Below the pieces are notes generated by a model. It was not told where the DNA came from. It made no database searches and saw only the letters and a list, made by a program, of their open reading frames with translations. From the NCBI GenBank assembly GCA_041891055.1, contig CP169075.1, forward strand, positions 1-64,000: a stretch of 64,000 bases of DNA, written 5' to 3'. How positions within the stretch are numbered: the first letter of the stretch is position 1; the number at the start of each line of letters is the position of its first letter. Below, one piece after another: positions 30,930 to 41,099 of this stretch. Source of the stretch: Halorutilales archaeon Cl-col2-1. Its GTDB lineage: Archaea > Halobacteriota > Halobacteria > Halobacteriales > Afararchaeaceae. A program made the translations under genes and the position numbers.

Positions 30930-31070
30930 TCAAACCGAGTTAAGCGCGCTGTTGAGTTCGTATAGCTCCTTCACGACGTCGCTCTCGGCTACACGGTAAC
31001 GTGTGGGTGACGTCTCGGGCACCTCCTCGATGATACTCAGTTCGAGAAGTAGATCGACGTAGTTGGCGAG
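30930..31070 (-). pseudogene. 3' fragment of a wHTH gene paralogous to 57437-57778
   Basis: Reads NYVDLLLELSIIEEVPETSPTRYRVAESDVVKELYELNSAL. Confidence 0.75.
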
Positions 31071-31191
31071 AGAGCCATTACGCGCCCTCTCAGACTGATA
31101 CCTCCTTCTCCTAAGTCAGCGACCACTTCGGTCGAGGATACAGAGATATAGACACGTTGAGACACCAAAGACTCACTCCCGACCGCCGTAA

Positions 31192-31291
31192 GTCTAACAT
31201 TAGAGCGTCGTAGTACTGTGGTTAGCCACTGGTACATAAGATTCCAAGTACGAGCAACTAACCACGGTAGTACGGCAGGCTAATGTTAGAC
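31192..31291. repeat. 34-bp imperfect inverted repeat (IR-C); one arm recurs at 33353-33386
   Basis: GTCTAACATTAG..CGTAGTACTGTGGTTAG / CTAACCACGGTAGTACG..CTAATGTTAGAC. Confidence 0.75.
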
Positions 31292-31405
31292 TACAGCGTG
31301 CCCCTGATGAAGTTCGACGAGTTGTGAGTAGTTGTACTGGTTCAACCGGTTGAACTGTAAGATCACGATGCCGATTTATACACTCAGGACGAGGGGTGTA
31401 CTGAC

Positions 31406-31565
31406 CTTATGTAACATACACCGTCTCAAAAGGGTGCGTTAACCATGTTCTGTTACATAAGGATAAAGAAGACACCGAGACAGACGACGAGATTGGTGAT
31501 GCGCTCGGGGTTGGGGCACGGACAGTGAGTCAGTATATTTCGGACTTCCGAAAGGGTGAACGATG
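31406..31565 (+). other. CCTTATGTAACA...TGTTACATAAGG inverted repeat abutting a truncated HTH coding fragment
   Basis: 12-bp perfect arms 31406-31461; then TDDEIGDALGVGARTVSQYISDFRKGER*. Confidence 0.6.
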
Positions 31566-31611
31566 ATTTTAGAATCTGGGATAGCTCTTACGAACTCAGT
31601 GAAATAACTAT

Positions 31612-32448
31612 TTGATTAGTGATATTGTTACTGATTGTCGTGCAAGATATAGAGCATCTATCCATCATAGAGACACCCAAGAAATAAAAAGCAGAGAAAT
31701 ACACAACCTGTTGTATGGTGAGTATCCAAGCCAGTACGACCCTGCGATCAGACATTTTCAAAATGCCAAGAGATTCAGGGATGAAGCTAAACGAATTGAA
31801 GCAACCTATTCCTCCGTTGATCCGGACAACAGCAGCTCAATCCCCAATGAAGACAAGAAGAAGCACCGAGCGTACTGTCTGAATTCAATAATTAGCACGG
31901 CCTGTTTCCTCGAAGCTACAATCAACCACTTATATTGGGAGATGCGGGATGACCTCAATCGTATCAATAACGGCGACGATCCAATCCATTATCCAGATGC
32001 TCAAGACTATCGACAAAACATCATACGTGCAGAGCGTGCCCCCCCACGGGATCGGAAAAAACTATCCAAGCGGCGGGGAGACGCCGGCATAATCGGGAAA
32101 TACAATATCTTCTTAGACGTGAATGGTTTCGATGAATTTGATAAGGACACCGTTCCGGCAGAACCCGTTGGTCGCGTTTTAGATATTCGGAACGAACTTG
32201 TCCATTTCAGACCACGGTGGATAAAGGGAGGGGGAAAGGGATACACTGAAAACGAGTACGGATTTGAGGCATCACTCAAGGATCGATTTGAATTGAACCC
32301 CCTGGTGCCCAGCGGTAACGCGTTCTTCCCCGACCAGTGTCTGAGCTACGGATGCGCGGAATGGTCAGCACGGGTTTCGAAAGGATTTGTGAGTCAATTC
32401 TCAAAGAGGATAGACCTCGAAATCCACCCGGATATTACTCTCCCCTGA
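31612..32448 (+). CDS. Hypothetical protein with HEPN-like RxxxxH motif
   Basis: ACFLEATIN helix and IRNELVH motif; start uncertain. Confidence 0.6.
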   Translation: MISDIVTDCRARYRASIHHRDTQEIKSREIHNLLYGEYPSQYDPAIRHFQNAKRFRDEAKRIEATYSSVDPDNSSSIPNEDKKKHRAYCLNSIISTACFLEATINHLYWEMRDDLNRINNGDDPIHYPDAQDYRQNIIRAERAPPRDRKKLSKRRGDAGIIGKYNIFLDVNGFDEFDKDTVPAEPVGRVLDIRNELVHFRPRWIKGGGKGYTENEYGFEASLKDRFELNPLVPSGNAFFPDQCLSYGCAEWSARVSKGFVSQFSKRIDLEIHPDITLP

Positions 32449-32831
32449 TGAAGTCGCGCTATCTATTCAGAAGCCGCTGTTCGAACTCTCTGATTGCTGT
32501 CAGCAACACCGTGCGAGATGGAAAGGGGTGTATGCAGCAGGCGTTTTTCTTGGTGAATTTCGTGAGAGAGTGTAGAATGAGTGGTTGAGGTGATCCTGAC
32601 CACATAAGCTTATAAACGGTAGTGTTCAGATAAGATGATTCCAAGCGAAGGCGAACGATTTGAGCCAGTCGTCGTCCTCGAGGAAGCGGTCGGCTTTGCT
32701 GAGGGGTTGTGACGTACTGTAATGTATCCACCCCCCGAGATGTGTCACGACGTCCGGCAAACGTCGTAGTTTCGACGGTAAAGCGACGTTCACCCGGCAA
32801 ACACCACCCACCACTACACACCCATTAATGT

Positions 32832-33182
32832 ATGAAAGAAGGCACACCGTACTCTAACACGAAAAGCGACGTTCACGCCACCACCTGGCTGAAACCGGGA
32901 CAGGTCGAACAAATGCGGGACGTCTGCCTCACCGAGGCGTTCCCGACGTACCTTCAGGATAGAAACGAGGCGATAGTCGCACTCCTATACGACTTAGGGC
33001 TTCGGGCGAGCGAACTATGCGGTCTTGACGTCGACTACGTCGACTTAGAGGCCGGGACGGTCTTTCTCCCGAGCCGTATCCAGAAGGGCGAGCCGATACC
33101 GGCGACACTCGAGCTCGGTAAGTGGGGCGCCGACGCCGACGAGACATACACCTCTGAAAAGGTGATAGAACTCGGGAGGTGA
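32832..33182 (+). pseudogene. Truncated tyrosine recombinase
   Basis: RNEAIVALLYDLGLRASELCGL present; HxxR and Tyr region absent. Confidence 0.85.
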
Positions 33183-33204
33183 CGACCAAACGAACTGCCA
33201 TGGA

Positions 33205-33340
33205 CTAACCAACAGATCTAGAGAAATATTAGAAATGTTGGTTAGCTCTCGAGTTGAAGCGACACGCCGTTCTCGTGAACCACGCCCCAGGGCGTCTCAC
33301 CTCGGGGTTTAGAGCCGCTGAGACAGCGAAGATTCGCGAC
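33205..33340. repeat. IR-A (33205-33247) plus TCTCACCTCGGGG; inverted partner of 27330-27463
   Basis: Reverse complement shares GAGCTAACCAACATTTCTAATATTTCTCTAGA and ACCCCGAGGTGAGACG. Confidence 0.75.
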
Positions 33341-33733
33341 TGACGGGTATGAGTCTAATATTAGATCGTCGTAGTACTGTGGTTAGGTACGCGGACTTAA
33401 CTCAGTAAGTACTGGCACACTACAAATCTAACATTAGAACGAACCAAACATCACCAAATCCCGCTAATCCATATAGTAAAATAGAATTTATACGCTACAG
33501 AGTCATCCTGCATTAAGCTGGTATCTCTCTGCCGACAATCCCTACGATAAAAACGAAGAAAGTGAATAGAACTCTCGACTTACCAGTACCTATCTGAGAG
33601 AGGATCTGATAGAAAGATGTCTGAGAAAGTATTAGCCGGCAGAAATGCTTAATAGAGTTATACCGTTTAGATAATTGACTCCGTCCCCTGAAGTTACGCC
33701 CAAACCGTCCTACTCCCTTTCTATTGATGTATC

Positions 33734-34081
33734 TCAGTCCCCCACAGGTGCGACATACTTCGACTTGATCTTCTCGCCTTCTCTCCATTGATAGTAATAG
33801 TAATCGCTACCCTCGATTGTCTTAACAGTCAGTGTAGCCTTAGCCGGAGCGTCGAGGTCGTCTACGAGATCTTTCCACTCGTCTTCATCCCAGTCGTCGG
33901 GCACGTCTTGCTCGACGACGTCACCAGCTATCTCGTCTTCGGAGAGCTCAAGGTTCTCCTTCCACTCGGCTAACTCCTCAGCCCACTCTGATATGTCTCG
34001 GAGAGTATCTGCGTCTTGGCTATTCACTCCTTTTCTCACGTACTTCGGGACACTCGAAGGCGCGGGCGGTCTTTCAGTCAT
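33734..34081 (-). CDS. Small acidic protein, copy 2 (paralog of 29-376)
   Basis: Near-identical protein; real start MTERPP at 34081. Confidence 0.8.
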   Translation of the reverse strand: MTERPPAPSSVPKYVRKGVNSQDADTLRDISEWAEELAEWKENLELSEDEIAGDVVEQDVPDDWDEDEWKDLVDDLDAPAKATLTVKTIEGSDYYYYQWREGEKIKSKYVAPVGD

Positions 34082-34128
34082 AGCTAACCAACATTTTGGA
34101 CAGATAGTATAAAATCTGTTGGTTAGCT
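34081..34128. repeat. IR-A with TATA-like spacer (operator/promoter of copy 2)
   Basis: Nearly identical to 376-424. Confidence 0.85.
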
Positions 34129-34175
34129 GAGACGGGAAAGCTACTTGGAACTGACTTGCGTATCTCGAAAGAAGC

Positions 34176-35207
34176 GTGAAGAAGACAAAGAGATACCTGA
34201 TACTCTCAGTCGTTGTACTCATAGCAGTCTCGGGCTGTATATCCTCAGATACGGACACAGATACTCCATCCCCGACATCACCCGAGCCGACACCTACATC
34301 TCAGCCTGACTCGACATCTGATTCTCAAGAAGAGACAGATACGGAATCAACTGAACCATCTGAGTTAACAGGCATAGAGGTCACCCGAGTAGTCGACGGC
34401 GATACTATCGAAGTAGAGTACTCTAACGGCACGAAAGACACTATACGCCTGATCGGCGTCGACACACCCGAAGTGCATACCGAAAACTCACCGGACGAGT
34501 TCGAGGGCATACCCGACACGATCCAGGGCTCTGACTGTCTACGTGGATGGGGAGACAACGCCAGCGACTACGCTGAGACAGTTCTATCTGGAGAGACAGT
34601 ACGCCTCGAAACTGATCCTAACCTCGACAAGAGAGGCTACTACGGACGTCTCTTAGCCTATGTGTACGTAGAAGACAGTGGCGAGTCGTTCAACTACCAA
34701 CTCATCAAGAACAGCTACGCGCGGGTCTATGATAGTGATTTTTCGCGACAGGACAAGTATTACGAGGCTGAGTCAGAGGCTCAGAACTCCAAGACTGGTC
34801 TATGGGCTTGTACAGTAAGCACTCAAGAAAGTCAGCAGCAGGATCGTATTGTTACCGACGGCGGCACAGACACGTCGACAAGCCTTAAGATAGTCGAGAT
34901 TCACGCCGACGCCGAGGGTAATGACCACGAGAACCTCAACGACGAATACATAGTCCTCAGAAACAATGGTGACAACTCCGTGGATCTGTCGGGGTGGACT
35001 ATCCAGGACGAAGCAGATCACAGCTACACGATCCCGACGGGGTTTGTTCTCGACAGTGGAGACGAGGTCACTATCCGTACGGGTAGTGGCTCAGACACTT
35101 CGTCGACGTTGTACTGGGACTCAGGATCGGCAGTCTGGAACAACGGCGGCGATACGATCACAGTCACCGATTCTGGAGGTAATGTAGTCGTAGAGGAGTC
35201 ATACTGA
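34176..35207 (+). CDS. Lipoprotein thermonuclease (SNase) with lamin-tail domain
   Basis: VSGC lipobox; VVDGDT, IRLIGVDTPE, YGRLLAYV; NDEYIVLRN...WNNGGD. Confidence 0.92.
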   Translation: MKKTKRYLILSVVVLIAVSGCISSDTDTDTPSPTSPEPTPTSQPDSTSDSQEETDTESTEPSELTGIEVTRVVDGDTIEVEYSNGTKDTIRLIGVDTPEVHTENSPDEFEGIPDTIQGSDCLRGWGDNASDYAETVLSGETVRLETDPNLDKRGYYGRLLAYVYVEDSGESFNYQLIKNSYARVYDSDFSRQDKYYEAESEAQNSKTGLWACTVSTQESQQQDRIVTDGGTDTSTSLKIVEIHADAEGNDHENLNDEYIVLRNNGDNSVDLSGWTIQDEADHSYTIPTGFVLDSGDEVTIRTGSGSDTSSTLYWDSGSAVWNNGGDTITVTDSGGNVVVEESY

Positions 35208-35277
35208 AGATAATGTGCAAGGTATGTGCAAACTCCCGTTAATCTAATAAGTCTGTGTGCAAAACTTGCATATGAGA

Positions 35278-35636
35278 TGAGTACGAGTGACGATCCTCGA
35301 CGAGTTCACTTTCAGTCTCCCGAGTACCTCGTTGAGAGATTAGACGCTGTAGCTGACATCTTCGACAAAGATCGCACAGATCTTCTCGTCGAAGCAATTC
35401 GTGAGTACCTCGAAGAAACTGCCGAGAGCGAGAGCTTTCAAGAACTGGTCTCAAACAAGTATTACGACGATCAGATTGATTTCGAGACTGTCAAACAGTT
35501 AGTCGGTGCTGAAACCGCTCAGCGTCTCCGTCTTCTCAAGTCTGACTTAGAGGACGAACCCCTCGATATCTCTCCTCCCGAAGATGTCGATATCTACGGT
35601 GGGGAAGCAACTACAGTTGACGAAGACGAACTATGA
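35278..35636 (+). CDS. Putative antitoxin (RHH-like)
   Basis: RRVHFQSPEYLVERLD; overlaps next gene; three TGTGCAA repeats upstream. Confidence 0.7.
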
Positions 35637-36205
35637 GTAGCCGGCATTTGAGTTCGGTAGTCGCAGATACGAGTTCACTAGTCAGTCTTGGTGTACCTCG
35701 TGCGGACTCCGAGTACGATACACAAGAGAATCCAGATCCTCTCCAGTATCTCCTCACCTCGTGTGAGGTCTTTGTACCACCCGAGGTAGTCACCGAGCTT
35801 CGTGAGATAACGCAGTATCAGGACATCCACGGTGCCGCAGCTAACAATGTACTCGCAGCTTCTGATTTCTATACTGTCAAAGACCCCTACGCCTACGAGG
35901 AGTCAGATGTCAGCTCGAGACCGACGTTTGGACTCGATGACGGAGAGACAGACGGCATAGTCCTCGCTAACACACTCGATGTAGACGGGTTTCTGACTGA
36001 CGAATTCGGTGGGACGAATTTTGCACTTATCCATGCTACTTTACGTGAGTCACGGATTATACCTACTCCACGGCTGATACTTGATTATGCTCGAAACGGA
36101 TACATGACTCACGACGAAGCCCAGAGCTTGATAGCGACTATCTCTCCACATCGAAGCTGGGGCAACAGTCCTTACGTCTCTCAAATTCTCGACCTACTGG
36201 AGTGA
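35633..36205 (+). CDS. PIN-domain (VapC-like) putative toxin
   Basis: VVADTSSL, VVTEL, LDDGETD, FLTDE acidic residues. Confidence 0.7.
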   Translation: MSSRHLSSVVADTSSLVSLGVPRADSEYDTQENPDPLQYLLTSCEVFVPPEVVTELREITQYQDIHGAAANNVLAASDFYTVKDPYAYEESDVSSRPTFGLDDGETDGIVLANTLDVDGFLTDEFGGTNFALIHATLRESRIIPTPRLILDYARNGYMTHDEAQSLIATISPHRSWGNSPYVSQILDLLE

Positions 36206-36392
36206 CTCGTACTGGGAAATCTTCAACTGCGCTGGGAACTCGATGTAATATATGGAGCGTATTGCCATCGTTAGTGACACACATATACCCGACAGAGAGG
36301 CGTGGATGCCCGAAGAGTTTGAGAGGCGGATAACACAAGCCGACCACCTCATCCATGCTGGAGATTTCATCTCTGAAGAAGTACTCAGGGAA

Positions 36393-37821
36393 TTGACATC
36401 CTCCTCCGCCTGAAGGCGGAGGAATCCCACATTGGGATATTAGGGTTTGCAGTCTACCCGTTCTTGTGGCATGATTCCAGCCGTAGTATCGAACAGATAG
36501 ACTCCGGGCTGTGCCAAACAGCCGTTACTCATATCCTCCGAAGGAGGACTCTGAGTTATCTTACGTCGAATGTTAATCGCACCGTTCACGTCTGCGTTCA
36601 TCACCGTATCGCACGAACTACAGACGTATAGACCACGCTCTACACGGTTGCTGTCGTCTATCTTACCACAACAACAACAGGTCTTTGACGTGTTCTCCTC
36701 GTCCACACGCTCCACGAGAATGCCGTACTCCTCGGCTTTGTACTCAAGCAGACGGGTGAAACGGTCAAACTCCCAACCGTGCAACTTTTTGTTACCCGAC
36801 TTACCCCAACTACGACTCTCTCCGTCTTCGTCCTCTCGTATATCGCTCAAGTCACCTACCGCGATAGTCCCAACATCCTTCTCCACACACCGTTCAACGA
36901 TGTGGCGAGACAAAGTATGCAGGAAATGGTCTTTCCGCCGGGAGAGCTTACGACGTGCGCGTAATGCTTTCTCAGAAGGTCCGTCTTCGCCTTCCGTCTG
37001 GTATTCTTCCTGTGTGAAGTAGTGTTTGTCCTGCTTGAGTCGGTTTCCGGGATAGAGTTCAGGATCACCATCTTCATACGCTATAGCGACGTAGTTTTTC
37101 ATACCGAGGTCGATACCCGCTACGTCGTCACCGGGTGCATCCTCAACAGGTATCTCCTTCCTGCAGACGATGTGTACTTCCCATCTGTCTCCATTCCACA
37201 CCGCTCGTACTTGCTGTACATTCTCCACTTCTACGTCTGGACGAGTCTCGTACTCTACGAGGATGTAGTCATCACGATTCTCTTTTAGGTTCCAGCCTTT
37301 CGACAGCCGTAGCCTGTTGTACTCATCGTCGTGCTTGATACCGCGTTTCTTCCATGTAACGGTAGAGCGTGGGTGGTCGTCTCCACGTTTTCTGTAACCC
37401 GGCGGATTATTACTGTCGTCGGAGTTGTACCAGCCGTTGAACGCCTCAGAAAGCTCTTCAAGAACTCTCTGACTGGACTGACTGTGTAAGTCCTTGTAGC
37501 GTTCGTGGTCTTTCAACTCCGACTTGAGTTCGCTTTCGTCGGGTATCTCACCGTCTTCGTCCCACCGTTGTTGAACGTAGCTACGACCAACGTTCCAGAG
37601 TCGAGAAGCTGAGTGCCCGCACTTGTCAAGGTCGTCTTCGACCTGATTATGGTTGGTTATCTTACCAACGTAGGTGCGGGTCGTCTCCAACACATAATTA
37701 GTTATGTACCGTTCTATATTAAAGGCAACGAATATCCAAACCAGTCTATGTTCATGGTTAGCTGAGTAGTTCGACGGATTCATCCTGACCCTAAAGGGTC
37801 AGGTATTCTCCTCCGTTACGT
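36393..37821 (-). mobile_element. IS1341-type element, clean insertion 3' of TTAT, right end TCAA
   Basis: Both junctions fixed by the restored reading frame; subterminal hairpins at both ends; no target duplication. Confidence 0.92.
36440..37693 (-). CDS. tnpB: TnpB (VGDL variant of RuvC-II)
   Basis: GIDLG / AVGDL / NADVNGA, zinc finger; GTG start at 37693. Confidence 0.93.
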   Translation of the reverse strand: MLETTRTYVGKITNHNQVEDDLDKCGHSASRLWNVGRSYVQQRWDEDGEIPDESELKSELKDHERYKDLHSQSSQRVLEELSEAFNGWYNSDDSNNPPGYRKRGDDHPRSTVTWKKRGIKHDDEYNRLRLSKGWNLKENRDDYILVEYETRPDVEVENVQQVRAVWNGDRWEVHIVCRKEIPVEDAPGDDVAGIDLGMKNYVAIAYEDGDPELYPGNRLKQDKHYFTQEEYQTEGEDGPSEKALRARRKLSRRKDHFLHTLSRHIVERCVEKDVGTIAVGDLSDIREDEDGESRSWGKSGNKKLHGWEFDRFTRLLEYKAEEYGILVERVDEENTSKTCCCCGKIDDSNRVERGLYVCSSCDTVMNADVNGAINIRRKITQSPPSEDMSNGCLAQPGVYLFDTTAGIMPQERVDCKP

Positions 37822-38203
37822 ATAAGAGAACTCGCTGATGGGGACTTGACAGCAGTCAAAGGAAATATCGATTCTGGGGGTCTTGGTCTCCCAGAGGTCT
37901 CGACACTCGAGGTAGAGGATGTTAAGTTCGTAGTCACTCACGGGACGGGAGACCTGACGAACTACCAAGAGCGTGTTGCGGAAACTGTCAAGTCGAATAG
38001 AGCAGATTCAGACTCCGTGAAGACAGTTGGTGTCTCTGGGCACACTCACGAGACGCTCGATACCCGTGTTGATGGCATACGTATACTCAACCCTGGAACA
38101 GTAACAGGAGCAGATCCGGCTTCAGAAGCGAGTATGATGACAGCCGAAGTCGACAGTGAAAACATCGACGTTAGCTTACACATCGAAGACTGACGACTAA
38201 GAC

Positions 38204-39004
38204 CTAGAACTCGTCTAAGGATTTCGTCGTCTCGCCTACGCCGGTCTCGGGCTCTAACTCGACGTGTTCTAGATCGTATTTTTCGAGTTGATTCATCGCA
38301 CTACCAGTCACGGAGGGAGCGACCAGAATTCCGCGGACGCCTTCATAGCCTCTTTCTCTGTAGTTTTCTACGTAGCGTTGTAGCTGGTCGACAGCCTTAG
38401 GACCGACTCTTCGGCGTTTAAGCTCGAGTATCACCGGATTACTCTCACTATCTCGTCCGAAGACGTCGATACGTCCGTAGTCGCTCTCACGCTCTTTTTC
38501 AATAGCTCGAAATCCCTCTTCGATTATATCTGGATTCATCATGATGCGGTTCTGCATCTGCTCCTCAGCACCCTCTAACGAGATCTCTCGGCTGTCCTCG
38601 AGCTTCATGGACGTGACTTGGTATACGTCTTCGAAGACTATCGAGATTGTTTCTCTGGGACTCGTGCGGCGACTCTTAATCTTGAGCTTGTCTCCGTAAA
38701 GTGACGCTTGGGCAGTCGATCCCGGCGGCTGCCAGTTGACGGGCTTTCTTTTTTCGTCCTGGTGTACGAGTAGAGTGCCGTCAGGTTTGATTAGTATTAC
38801 TCGGTCGCCTACTCCGAGATAGCTTGAGGCTCTGCCGTCGTAGTCTACTTCGCAACGTCCTATAATGTTGATGGTACGTCGTTTTTCGAGGGCTTCTGTG
38901 ACGAGTTCGAGGGCTTCTCGGTGGGAAGGATCGGGTATAGATTCGAGGTTATTGCTCACTGATAGTCTGTAACGAAAGGCAGGTATATGGGAGTTCTTCT
39001 TCAT
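38204..39004 (-). CDS. nucS: Endonuclease NucS/EndoMS
   Basis: KPDGTLLVH, PVNWQPPG, GRIDV...LELKR, QLQRY. Confidence 0.93.
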   Translation of the reverse strand: MKKNSHIPAFRYRLSVSNNLESIPDPSHREALELVTEALEKRRTINIIGRCEVDYDGRASSYLGVGDRVILIKPDGTLLVHQDEKRKPVNWQPPGSTAQASLYGDKLKIKSRRTSPRETISIVFEDVYQVTSMKLEDSREISLEGAEEQMQNRIMMNPDIIEEGFRAIEKERESDYGRIDVFGRDSESNPVILELKRRRVGPKAVDQLQRYVENYRERGYEGVRGILVAPSVTGSAMNQLEKYDLEHVELEPETGVGETTKSLDEF

Positions 39005-39132
39005 ACGGTTGAGCGAGAAAGGTGGATCGGGCTAGGAGACAAGGGGACGGCGGGCAGCACCGTTTTCGACGGTGCAGATGGTCGTTGTACTGCGTTTTAC
39101 TAAGCATTTCTGTTCTGGTGGCTTGGGATAAG

Positions 39133-39252
39133 AGCTAACCAACATTTTCTAAATATTGTCTAGAGATGTTGGTTAGCTAGGGAGAGAAATACAATCCAAA
39201 GCGGGTGTGGTAGTCGTTGGTGTTAAGCTGGGTCAGGTGACTCAGGTTAACA
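39133..39252 (+). repeat. Full composite repeat (IR-A, ORB-like motif, 32-bp palindrome)
   Basis: ~120 bp, near-identical to the copies at 44430, 57851, 58743. Confidence 0.92.
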
Positions 39253-39398
39253 ATACTAGTTAGAAGTTCTAACTTTACCTCACTATCCCTCGATTATAGA
39301 ATAGTTTCTAACGACCATCTGTCACTAGTTGGGTCGATTCTATCTGGCTCCGCACCTCTTTCGGTTAGGATGCCTGCGTGGTAAAGCATCGCTTTGAG

Positions 39399-40878
39399 GT
39401 CAACTACCCCACCCTACTTCGCTCACCCTGACGGGTTCGCTCGTTGAGGGTGTCGTCAGAAGCGGAGCTTCTGACTGCTCGCAAATTTACGATTTGTGAT
39501 GGGGCTTGTCGGTGGACTCCGCCTCTGACTCCATAACAGAGTACGAGACAAATCCTCGGTTCGACTTCACAGTCCCCGACTTCAGGGCAAGTTGACTGTT
39601 GCCCGTCCGCCGTGAGTCATGTAGCCCACGACGGACAAACCGCCATCCAACATTCTTCGCCGCGTTATAATCTGCATTCGCCGTCGCACCACACTTCTCA
39701 CACTCGAAGAAATCGCGCTCCGTTCGGTTGCCATCGCTCGTATGACCGCACTCACAACACCGCTTCGACGTATTCTCAGGGTCAACGTACACGACCTCGA
39801 TACCCAGTTCCTCAGCCTTGTACTCGACGTACTTGACGAGTTGGGCGTGCGCCCACTGGTGGAATTTACGCTTGCTCGGCATCGAGTCGCGGATGTGCGT
39901 CAAGTCCTCGAACGCGATGTGCGTACAGTCGTAGGCGACTGCCTCCGCGAGCAACCGATTCGACACCCTGTGCAGGTAGTCACGGTTGTACCGTTCTTCG
40001 CGGTTATCCCGCTGGACGAGTGTGCGATGCGCGGACTCGGTGCCCGTTTCTTGGAGACCACCACGAACGCGCTCGAACTCGCGGTGTTCGTGCAAGAGTT
40101 CTTTCCCGGATTCGAAGTGGGCGGTGCTGGTGACAGCGATGTTTTCGATGCCGAGGTCAACCCCGAGAACTGTCCTGTCCTCGGCGGGCGACTCGTCGGC
40201 ATCGGGTTTCGGCTTACGGAAGCCGAGATGTAAATAGTAGTTGCCGTCACGCGCTGTCAGCGTCGATTCCGTCACTTCCCACTCGTCGCTGTCGAGGTAT
40301 TGGTACTGGTAGCCGTCTTCGTCGTCGGGCAGTACCAATTCGCACCGCACTCGACTGTCGGTGGTGGCGAGGGAGACGGTGTTGTCATCGAACAGGGTCA
40401 TCGTGTTGGCGTCGTACTTCACCGTTGGAGCAGTGAACTCGGGTTTCGAGTAGTTGCGACCCTGCTGTTTGCGTTCATGAACGCCTTTCAATGCTTGTGC
40501 GGCTTGGAAGCACGCGAGGATGGCGTGTTGACTCCCGAGATGAGTTTGGTCACGAACATCGTCGTAGGCGAGCGACTGGAGTTTCCGCTTACGGGTTTCG
40601 TAGTGTTCCCAGCCGATGCCCGTGGCAATGTTTGCACCCGTGCGCCATTCGTCAATCGTGTCTTCGAGCAGGTCGGCCTGCTCAGGAGACACGGAGAGGC
40701 GCGTTATCGCGGTGCGTCTCAGGTAGTCGTCGTCCGACACACGTTCAAAGAATACCTGTGGTTACTTAATAGTTGGTGTCTGACTGGTGTGTGGGTGACG
40801 CGTTCCTCCCCGCCCTACTGCGCCACTCGCTTCGTTGCGTTGATCGTTGAGGACGGGGACTCCGCACTACCGCACAGT
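39399..40878 (-). mobile_element. IS1341-type element
   Basis: Left end follows TTCA on minus; right end ...GTAGGGTGGGGTAGTTGAC. Confidence 0.85.
39487..40740 (-). CDS. tnpB: TnpB
   Basis: GVDLG / AFEDL / NADYNAA, zinc finger. Confidence 0.95.
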   Translation of the reverse strand: MSDDDYLRRTAITRLSVSPEQADLLEDTIDEWRTGANIATGIGWEHYETRKRKLQSLAYDDVRDQTHLGSQHAILACFQAAQALKGVHERKQQGRNYSKPEFTAPTVKYDANTMTLFDDNTVSLATTDSRVRCELVLPDDEDGYQYQYLDSDEWEVTESTLTARDGNYYLHLGFRKPKPDADESPAEDRTVLGVDLGIENIAVTSTAHFESGKELLHEHREFERVRGGLQETGTESAHRTLVQRDNREERYNRDYLHRVSNRLLAEAVAYDCTHIAFEDLTHIRDSMPSKRKFHQWAHAQLVKYVEYKAEELGIEVVYVDPENTSKRCCECGHTSDGNRTERDFFECEKCGATANADYNAAKNVGWRFVRRGLHDSRRTGNSQLALKSGTVKSNRGFVSYSVMESEAESTDKPHHKS

Positions 40879-41099
40879 TGAAACAGACTATCGTCCCAGA
40901 GTCAAATATCACGCCTACCAGAAACCGCTCGGTAAATATTACTATATGGCGAATATGTGAGATATTCTATAGCACTCACATTCTTTATAAAACTCCAAAG
41001 CAGGTGAGTGTGGTTAGTCTGGTGTTAAGTTGGTTCATCTACACATTATAGATTAATATTAATGTATTCAGAGAACATCAAACATATACGCTTAATCAA

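Larger units (their letters stand above)
36252..38193 (+). pseudogene. YfcE-like metallophosphoesterase interrupted by a tnpB element
   Basis: SDTH...HAGD before the insert and KGNID, THG, GHTH, NPG after; removing 36393-37821 restores the frame (VLRE-IRELADG). Confidence 0.92.
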
